From Geosiphon pyriformis uo1 (Eukaryota > Fungi > Glomeromycota): DNA of 64,000 nucleotides. Made by a program: the position numbers and the translations under genes. Shown here one piece after another: positions 23,601-33,075 of this stretch. The stretch is from assembly GCA_016748015.1 (NCBI GenBank), contig JAAOMT010000735.1, positions 124,001-188,000 on the forward strand. Reading direction: 5' to 3'. How positions within the stretch are numbered: the stretch's first letter is position 1; each line of letters opens with the position of its first letter. The notes under the pieces were generated by a model. The model was not told the DNA's origin. It was given only the letters and a program-made list of their open reading frames with translations, and ran no database searches.

Positions 23601-26600
23601 GTGGTGATTACACCAGACACAGCAACTCTAGAGTATTACCAGTCAATTTACACCCACTGCAAGCAAAGATTCAACATTCCAGACAGAATTGAAGTTGTAA
23701 AGAAATCAGTATACCAATACATTAAAAACCACATCAACAATTATCTTTTTGGAAACTACAACATTTCAGAAATTAGAAACAACCTCTACAATAATTTAGT
23801 GCACTATTCACAATTGGGAACAGAAGACCTGAACAGTGAAACACTTGCTACCTACTTCCAAGAACTTAATTTTAACATTATTGAGTATTGTGAAGAAAAA
23901 TACCCAGTACAGTCTAAATACTTTTTTGACTTTGAATCAGAGATAGAAACAAGCAACAAAGGCAAACAAAGATTGAAGCAATACTCAAGAACCACTCCAA
24001 ACACTTCAACACTACAAAAAACAACTGCTAAACACTTGCAAATACCTGAACAAGGAACCAGTGTCAAATTACCACTTTCTATTACACTATTTCTAATTTT
24101 ACTTGTTCAACCACAAACACCAAATTCACCACTTAGCTGTTTCTCCAGACCAAAAGATTTTCAGTCACCTAGAAATCCTACTCAACAGCAGGAACCAATA
24201 TCAACAAGTGCCAATATCATTGATTACTTACAAGAAAACGAAAGTAATTACTCAGAAAGCTTGGAAAGTAAAGAAACTGAATCAGAACCAGAAGAAATTA
24301 CAGAAAATGAAGAAGAAATGGCAACTGCTTACATTGCAAAAATCCCAGAATTCACTGGTAAAGACAATGATACCAGTCCTCAAGAATGGCTTGACAAGAT
24401 TCAAAAAGCAGGAGATGCAAATGCTCAAAGCAATTCCCTACTTTTTCCAAGAAACAGCAGGAGAATGGTTTGAAAATTTAGAAGAACCATTTAAAAACTG
24501 GCAAGCATTCAAAAATGCTTTTCTACAACAATTCACCAACAACAATATCTCTATCACTCTCAGAAACCACTTTCGCAATATTAAACAAGAAACATCTGAA
24601 TCTGTTATGACCTATCTTGAAAGATTTAACAAACTTCTCAGACGAATCCGACAATTGAAAACCAATGACTACTATTCTGATGCTCAAATTCTGGATCAGT
24701 TTATAGCAGGATTAAAAGACAAACTAATTAAGAAAGTCCATTCACATGCTCCAGCAGACTTAGCAACTGCTATTAGACATGCAAAGAGCTATGAAATGGC
24801 AATAGAAGAAGCAAATTACACCAAGCTTGTAAACCTTGCAATTGGAGAAACCAGCTCAGCAGCTGAAGAAAAGATAGACCAACTCACAAAGAAAGTTGAA
24901 AGCTATTTTACAAACCAACAACAACAGCAGCAACAACCACAAAGATATCAACCACTACAATGATGCAACCAAAACAATTTTGGATGACCATCCAACAACC
25001 AATCTCAAAATTGTTATTATTGTGGAATTTCAGGACACTAAAAACGAGATTGTAGGAAGTTGCAAAGAGACCAACAAAACAGGAGTAATCAACATTACTC
25101 TTCACCACAACAATCCTATTACCAATCTCTACCACTAACCTATTATTCACTAAAACCACAAAATCAAAACTACTATCCACCAGCTCCACAATCAATGTAG
25201 CAACAATATCAGCAACCTTTACTAATTCAGCCATATCAGACACCACCCACTCAACAATATTAAGTACCAGCAAGAAGATTGGTTCAACATAACCAATTTA
25301 CATCCCAAAATCAATTGCAGAATAACCACAACAGAATCAATCCAAATAACCAGTTGGTTCCCTGAAATTCAGGTCAGCAAAGACCTGATCACTATCACAC
25401 TCAACCCAGTTATCTTATAATACCAGAGGAATCGGATTTTCAACAAACTGTACTTTCTGAAGATGAAGTTGCAGTGCTAAGATCAAACCCTTCCAACCAC
25501 ACCATTCCACCAGCTCAAATTGCCCAAAATGCTAATCTGTCAGATATATTTCTATTTGAATTTAAAGCAAATGAATCACCATTTCTGCTTAGTAATGCAG
25601 CAGTCAATGAACAGAAAGCAATTACTGCCATGTACACAGAAGCTACAGTGGAAGGAAAACCCATTCGCTTAATCTTAGATAATGAATCAGCTGGAAGTAT
25701 CATCACTTACCAGCTGATACAACAACTCAAATGAAACGTAGACAGACTAGCTCAAACAGTTATTGTTATAGCTGATGGTATGAAGAAGACTCCAGTAGAA
25801 GAAATTGATGATTTCTCTTTTTCAATTGATGGAATCACCATTCCAGTTAAAGTTCTTGTTATGGATGCACCCTAATACCAAGCTCTAATCAGAAATGATT
25901 GGCTTCTCAAGACCAATGCAAACTTGAACTGAGAAACTCAAGAACTTAAAATCTCATACCAAGGACAATATATCATAGTACCTGCAACCTGTAGTACCTT
26001 TAACAAACAATCAGAAAAAGCTCCAGTATTTGAATTTGAAGAAGAGAAAGAAATGCCACTTACTGAAACCTACATGGCTCTTGGATTAACATCCAATTAG
26101 GCTGAAAAAACCAAACAAGAGATTTTTGAAGAATCAAGGGGATGGAAGAAAGTTAAATATTCTACACCAGAACCACAGAAACAACCACCCTATATTCCAC
26201 TCAAATGCAAAGATTGCAACAAAAAACTTTCATCAATGGGAGCATGTATTTCTCCAGAAGAGGAATATGAAACTCGTACTGTTATTTTTGCAAAGCATGC
26301 CATAGAGAACGATTTGGATCTTCAAAAAAAAGTGGAAAATAGGACAACACACCTTGCCTTACATGTGGAGAAATGTTACCAGAAGAATGCAATTGGATTA
26401 ATGTAGCAATGAGAAGAGGAGTATGTGATTAAACCTGTCAATATGCTCTATCAATTTCGGAAAAAGTCAGAAGAGAAACACCATTTAATACAGCATACAA
26501 CAGTGCTCTCAATAAACTTTACCACTACCCTCATGATGCTGAAATGATTTTTGACCTAGCAATGACATTGATCAATAGAGCCACCCAAGAAAATGTTCGC

Positions 26601-29188
26601 CAAATGAAAGAAGCTGAATATATTGAGTATACCATAGAATTAGCTGGATTTAATTATAAAGATGAAGTAGAAATCTACTACCAAATTGCAAGCTACACAT
26701 ATCTGACCAAAGAAGCTCAAATTCAATGATTAGAGCAAATGAACATTCAATTGTGTGAGGAATGTGTTATGCCTTGTGATAACTAATGGTGTTTAGAATG
26801 TTATGCTCTTAGCATTCCTCTGTCAGATGAGAATGATGAAAATAAAATCGAATTTGGAGTATCTGAACTAGTAGAAGAACTACCAACCACTCCCATCTAT
26901 CTTCTTGAAAAGCAACCACCTCTACAACTTAAATATTTTGACAACCATGGCCAAGGAATCAGACCAGAAAAAGCACACGAAATTGATGCTGGATATGACC
27001 TAAGATACCCAGGAAAAGATACTTTGATTCTCCAACCAAAGTCTTTGACAAAAATCAATCTCAAAATTGCTCTTAAAATTCCACCAGGAGCAATGATTCA
27101 AATTGCCTCCAGATCATCATTGGCAAGCAAAATAATCAATATTAGAGGAGGAGTTATAGATGCAGGATATATTGGAGACATTACTATCATGTTACAGAAT
27201 GAGACAGACAAACCATTCAAAATTGAACATGCTGAAAAAATTGCTCAAGCAATTTACTTACCCTTAATCAACATTTCGGGTTTACAATCAGTAAACAACA
27301 GAGAACAATTGGGAAAAAATGAAAGAGGAACTCAAGGTTTTGGTTCAACTGAATGATTTACAGTCCCAGTAAACATAGTTTTTAATACACAAAATGAATC
27401 TCACCAGATTCTTCAACTTTCTCAGCCAATTACCATTTCACCTTTTGGAGAACATCACGAAATTTACACTTGCTCAAAACCCACCACTACACAACAAATC
27501 TTTGAATCCAATGAACAAATCTGTTTGAAGCATGAAATATTAATTCCAAACGTTTATATTCTCAAAGGAATGAAAAAATTTCAAGTTACATTCTACAACC
27601 TTAATAATTACTCTATTGTTTTATTAAACAAATTAGAAATTGGAATCATATGCAGCAATATCTTTCAAGATGAAAACCCTCAAATTGTCTCTAATTTCAT
27701 CGAAATTGTAAAGCACACTCTACTCCCAAATCCAAATATCATTCCCACTACTGAAAACTACTACTTGTTGGAAGAAAAACTCTCTTGAATCAATATGGGT
27801 CCCTTAGAACCTCAACAACAAAGACAATTGAAACAATTAATAGCTGAATTTGCAAATATATTTGCAAAAGACAACAATGACTTGGGAAAAACAGACATTG
27901 TTCAACATCAGATCCATATAGGAGATGCTCTACCAAAACGTCAACAAACTTATTAAGTACCACCTGCCAGCCACTAATTCATCAGAGAAAAGGTCCAAAG
28001 AATGCTCAATAACGGATTGATTCAACTATCAAGAAGTCCTTGGGCCTCACTAGTAGTTTTAGTTAAAAAGAAAAACAGAAAAATCAGATTCTGTGTTGAT
28101 TATAGACAACTGAATAGTGTTACAATTGGAGATGTCTACCCTCTTCCAAGAATTGATGACATGCTAGATGCTCTAGGAAAAGCCAAGTTCTTTTCAACTT
28201 TAGACCTGGAAAGTGAATACTGGCAAGTCGAAATGGACCCAAAACAGCATTTACCACTCAAAGAGAAAATTATGAGTTTAATGTTATGCCTTTTGAACTC
28301 TGCAATACACCAGCAACATTTCAGCAACTCATGGATGTTATCTATGAAGGACTTTTGTGGCAATCAGTAGTTGTTTATCTTGATGATACTGATGTATACT
28401 CACCAAGCTTTGAAGCCCATCTTATTCACCTGTGAGAAGTTTTTCAACAATTACGGAAAGCAAGATTAAAGTTAAATATTGAGAAATGTCACTTTGGAAA
28501 AACAAGCTTGATCTTTCTTGGACACATAGTTAGTAAAGATAAAATCAAACCAAATTCAGGAACAATTAGTGCTGTCAAAAACTTTCAAACCCCCAGAAAT
28601 ACTACAGAACTAAGAGGATTTGTGGGATTAGCCTCTTACTATCGAAAATTCATAAAAAGATTCTCAGAAATTGCCAAACCACTCAATTATCTTACCAACA
28701 AAAACGTACCATACAAATGGACTGAAGAACAACAAAAAGCTTTTGAAATTCTCAAAACAAAATTGACAACAGCCCCAGTTCTTGCTTACTCAGACTTCAA
28801 CAAACAATTCCAATTAGCCACTGATGCCTCACATATAGCATTTGGTGCTATTTTATCACAATTAAATGAAAATGGCCAAGAACAAGTTATTGCCTATGCC
28901 AGCAGAACACTCAAGTTAACAGAACTCAAATATGGCTCAACTGAATTAGAAGCTGCTGCAGTTATTTGGGCTCTTAAATATTTTTAACAATATCTGAAGA
29001 ATAGAAAAGAATTTGACATAATAACGGACAACATTGGCCTTAAATGGCTCAATAAAAAGAAAACTGAACAAAATGTCAAACAGTCTCAATGGAATGACTT
29101 CTTAGCAGACTACAGATATATTGTATACCACAAACCAGAAAAACTACATACCAATGTTGATAGCCTCTCAAGAATGAGACAAGATTAA
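23601..29188 (+). pseudogene. gag-pol: gag-pol of D
   Basis: GTG start; MATAYIAKIPEFTG capsid; CYYCGISGH knuckle ~25011; ILDNESAGSII; Cys-rich domain; dUTPase; VYLDD at ~28371; LATDASH; ends SRMRQD*. Confidence 0.92.
26955..27356 (+). pseudogene. dut: dUTPase domain of D
   Basis: All five trimeric-dUTPase motifs: DAGYDL, ASRSSLA, GGVIDAGYIG, EKIAQ, RGTQGFGST. Confidence 0.92.
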
Positions 29189-29245
29189 TACCAACAACAA
29201 TTCCACCATAACTTATCAACTTACCAACAAAATAACCAAACAAGA

Positions 29246-30631
29246 ATAGATCCCAGAAACTACAGCAATCTTAAAAATTATTTGGAGACTCTTATTATGC
29301 CAGAAAACTGGTCTCCAAGTGAAAAACATTACTTACAACACCAATCAAAACAATATTTCATACACCAAAACAAAATCTATTATAAAAATCACAGAAAACC
29401 AAACCAGCCACTCAGATTAGTACAAGAGAATGAAAAAGAAACAATTTTATACAACATGCATGCAGATTCATCTTCAGCATACTTGGGAAAAGAGGAAACA
29501 ATTCAAAGAATCCTTGAACATTATTTTTGGCCTTACATGCAAAAAGACATTCGACAATATATAGAATCTTGTGATAATTGTCAAAAAAGAGGAGAAACTC
29601 ACCCCACAGAACCTCTAAATCCAATCAAAGTTGGACAACCTTTTAACAGAGTTGGAATTGATTTAGTCAGACCATTACCTATCACAACCCAAGAAAATTG
29701 TTATATTGCAGTTGCAGTGGATTATCTTACCAAATGGCCTGAAGCTAGAGCCATCCAAAGAACAGATGTAAAATTAGTAACAAATTTCATCTATAAAGAT
29801 ATTATCTGTAGACATAGATGCCCAATTGAACTCTTATCTGATCAAAGAACACATTTTGTGAACAACTTGATACAAGAAATTTGTGAACGGTTCAATGTCA
29901 AAAAACCTCTATCATCACCTTATCACCCTCAAACAAATGGACTTGTAGAACGTTTCAATAGAACATTGTGTAAATCTCTAGCCAAAGTCTCAACAGACTT
30001 TAAACAGGAATGGGATATCTTTATTCCATCAGTGTTACTAGCATACAGAACACTAAAACAAGATACTACAAAACACACACCATTTGATCTTACTTATAGA
30101 AAGACAGCAACATTACCAATTAATTTCACAGTGGAAACATACCCAGTACAACCAATCAATGAAGAAAACTTTCAAGAGACACTCCAAAGAAGAGCTTACA
30201 CTCTTCTTAGTATACTGAAAGAAAAAAGAAGAATAACAGCAACTCATATTGAACATTTCCAAGCTCAACAAAAAGAAAGACATGACAACAAATTACCATC
30301 TATTACCAATGAATTTAAAGTTGGAAATAAAGTTCTCTTACACAGAACTAAGGCTGAAAAACAATGGAGTGGGAAATTTGAAAACAAATGGGATGGACCA
30401 TTTTATATTCACGAAATTCTAGATAATGGATCATATAAGTTAAGACTTGATAACAAAATATTAGCAAAAGTTGCACATGGGGACAGATTGAAACACTATT
30501 ATTTCAGAAACAATTCTGAACCATTAATTCCACAAATTAGTACACATTCCCCTTTAATTAATCCTGAAGATATTCCCCGAAATTTAGAACCAATAATTAT
30601 AATAGAACAACAACCAAACTTGAACACTTAA
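29246..30631 (+). CDS. Integrase of D (uninterrupted stand-alone ORF; start codon decayed to ATA)
   Basis: 449-aa open frame from 29282; CDNC, GIDLV / LSDQR / GLVERFN (DDE), KWDGPF; second His of HHCC appears mutated to Tyr. Confidence 0.9.
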   Translation: MDPRNYSNLKNYLETLIMPENWSPSEKHYLQHQSKQYFIHQNKIYYKNHRKPNQPLRLVQENEKETILYNMHADSSSAYLGKEETIQRILEHYFWPYMQKDIRQYIESCDNCQKRGETHPTEPLNPIKVGQPFNRVGIDLVRPLPITTQENCYIAVAVDYLTKWPEARAIQRTDVKLVTNFIYKDIICRHRCPIELLSDQRTHFVNNLIQEICERFNVKKPLSSPYHPQTNGLVERFNRTLCKSLAKVSTDFKQEWDIFIPSVLLAYRTLKQDTTKHTPFDLTYRKTATLPINFTVETYPVQPINEENFQETLQRRAYTLLSILKEKRRITATHIEHFQAQQKERHDNKLPSITNEFKVGNKVLLHRTKAEKQWSGKFENKWDGPFYIHEILDNGSYKLRLDNKILAKVAHGDRLKHYYFRNNSEPLIPQISTHSPLINPEDIPRNLEPIIIIEQQPNLNT

Positions 30632-30815
30632 ATTTTACAATAATTCTCTAATAAAAACACAAAGACAAAAATAGTAAATAATTACAAAACACCCAAACCC
30701 AAAAACAAATAAAAACCCCATATCCAAAAATAATTTTCTTTATTCTCTCTTTTCATAATTAGTCAATTTTATCAAGATTATTTCCCAAAATATTCAACAA
30801 ATATCCCAAAAATTA

Positions 30816-31481
30816 ATGTTAGCCTTGAAAACACTCCCTAACTTATCTATAACGATTAATGAAAATCAAATTAATTACATTCAAAAAGAAACCACAGCCC
30901 CAGTAGCAAATCATTTACAGAACTATCACCCCTATAGAAGAAAAACAAGAAGTCATTCTGAGAATAAATTACCAAGACTTTTGAAGCAGGCACTAGAAGA
31001 AAATCTTTTAATTGCCCCTATTGACATTTCACCAAATGCTATAATGCAACAAAAACTTCTACTACTTCTTAATAAACAGAACAATGAACACACCCCTATC
31101 TATAAATACTTTCAAATTGGAAAAACACTTTATGAACGAAAACTGGAACTTGAAGCAACAAATCTCACTCCTGAAGTTATACAAAAACAAATCCACAATG
31201 AATTCAAAACAGCAGCTGGACCAACAAACACTCGCTACAGACTTAGAGCAGCTCTTAGACTCTATAACTTGTTTAATACTTGTAAAAATGTTCTACAAAA
31301 TCCAATACTACAACCAATGAAAGTCCAATACATTGGCAAACTCACAAAATTGAAATTTCAACAATTTTCAGACCAGATTACTTCAATTATTTTAGATCAC
31401 TATCTCAATATTACAGATAGTGCTTGGACTTCAATGGAGCTTAGTCTTGAGAAGGAGATTATGTTACCAGTAGAATTTTAG
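30816..31481 (+). CDS. ORF3 of D, 221 aa, unknown function; reads through the PPT into the 3' LTR
   Basis: Uninterrupted ATG ORF, conserved in F and distantly in B/C/E; no obvious signal peptide or TM segment. Confidence 0.8.
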   Translation: MLALKTLPNLSITINENQINYIQKETTAPVANHLQNYHPYRRKTRSHSENKLPRLLKQALEENLLIAPIDISPNAIMQQKLLLLLNKQNNEHTPIYKYFQIGKTLYERKLELEATNLTPEVIQKQIHNEFKTAAGPTNTRYRLRAALRLYNLFNTCKNVLQNPILQPMKVQYIGKLTKLKFQQFSDQITSIILDHYLNITDSAWTSMELSLEKEIMLPVEF

Positions 31482-32474
31482 CTATTAATTAGCATGAAAT
31501 TACCCTTATAATTCCTATAATTCATTAATATATTAATATCATTTTAAATTATCATTTATTATTTAATCAATTATCACATATCACGATTCAATTAAAATAA
31601 TCTAATTAGTATAACAGAAAGTAGGATGATCAAATTACACAATACTTTGAACTTTGTAACATTCAAAAATTTACCGAAATTTACAGAAATTCGCCGAAAT
31701 TTATAAGAAATTCGCCGAAATTTACAGAAATTCGCCGAAATTATGAATAGTTCACCCAAATTAATCAATAGTTCAGTGAAATAACTTGTAGTTTATCAAA
31801 ATGTATTTTTAGTTCACCAAAAATTGAGCAAAGAAAAAAAGTACAAGTTCATAGACTAGTACTACAACAAGTTGTATAAAAGAAGAGCTTTTCTCTTCTG
31901 GAAAATGTATCTTACTTTAGATTTATCACTTAAAACCATTCCTACACACACAAAAAAAAATAAATATCAAATAATTCGAAAAACCAAATTCTTTAAATTA
32001 TTGCACTTGGAAAATCCTCAAAACCCAACTAATATTTTGAAATTGATTAGCTACCAATTTCAGTAAACTGTTAGTGACTCCAGGTCTGGATAGAAAACGT
32101 TTCTCTTAACAAAATTCTATTTCTTTTACATTTCTTTTATTTTTCTTTTTTTTTTTTATTACAATTATTAGGGTAGTCTACAGACAAGATTCCTGTAGAA
32201 GAGTTGACTTTCACAGCAAAGTAACTATACATTTTAGTAAGCTTCCAGATGAGCAATTCTTGGGAAAGAGTTGACATTTACTACAATGTAACTACATAAA
32301 GTAACTGGCATGGAATTGGCTATTTCACTTATAAGCCCAGCAAGTTCAAATTATAGAAGATAATTTGAAGATAAATTCAGTTATTGGAGATTCAATTACT
32401 TCCTGAGAATGTGAATTCACAGCAAATCAACATTACCAATATTTAAGAAAAGAGACCAAAAACTTCCAGTAACA
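31462..32474 (+). repeat. 3' LTR of D (1013 bp; PPT GAGAAGGAGATTA 31449-31461)
   Basis: Repeat of 22599-23555 with extra tandem units. Confidence 0.95.
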
Positions 32475-33013
32475 TCGGCAATGGATTCTGCATCTGCTTT
32501 TTGAATTGCTTTTGTCTCTGGCCATTTAGTAAGATAGTTCATGACTACTGCTATATATCTGTTTCTTCTGCTGGTGATTGTTAATGGTTCGACTAGATTA
32601 ATTCCAATCTGGTCAAATGGTTGTCTCACTTTGATTGGTCTTAATGGTTCACTGGTTCTTGTTCCTTCTCTTTGCTGACAAATATCACAATTTTGAACAT
32701 ATTAAATGATGTCTGGGTACATTGATGGCCAATAGTATCTCTTTCTGGTTCTTTCCATGGTTGCTTCTTTATGAAAATATCCTGCTATTGGATTTGAATA
32801 CATGTTGAATAATATTGTCTCTTTTTCTGGCTCTGTAATTACTCTGGTTGACTGACCTGGATCCTTTCTATTTTTCTGATAAAGTATATTTTGGTGAGTG
32901 ATAAAATATTTTGATTGTTGTTTGATATTTTTTCATTCCGTTTGAAATAAATTTATCTTGAATTGTTGAGTGTTTATATAATGTTGTAGTTGTTGATATT
33001 TTTGTATGTTCAT
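32475..33013 (-). pseudogene. Integrase of C, 5' part
   Basis: ATG at 33013 (MNIQKY), RYYWPSMYP, CDIC, VVMNYLTKWPE. Confidence 0.88.
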
Positions 33014-33075
33014 CTTTTTGTTATATTTTCATTGATATTATTCTGGTTTTGTTATATTTTTGGGTTGAAATGTTC

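Larger units (their letters stand above)
22599..32474 (+). mobile_element. Full-length Gypsy element D (second subfamily) inserted in the integrase of C
   Basis: LTRs 22599-23555 and 31462-32474; TSD TCAG/TCGG; removal restores AESIAEFVYQDL in the C integrase. Confidence 0.96.

Noticed and set aside
30480-30631. Chromodomain at the integrase C-terminus
   Set aside because: The tail after the GPF module is short and lacks chromodomain aromatic motifs.
30816-31481. ORF3 as an envelope gene
   Set aside because: Too short, with no visible signal peptide, fusion peptide or TM anchor.
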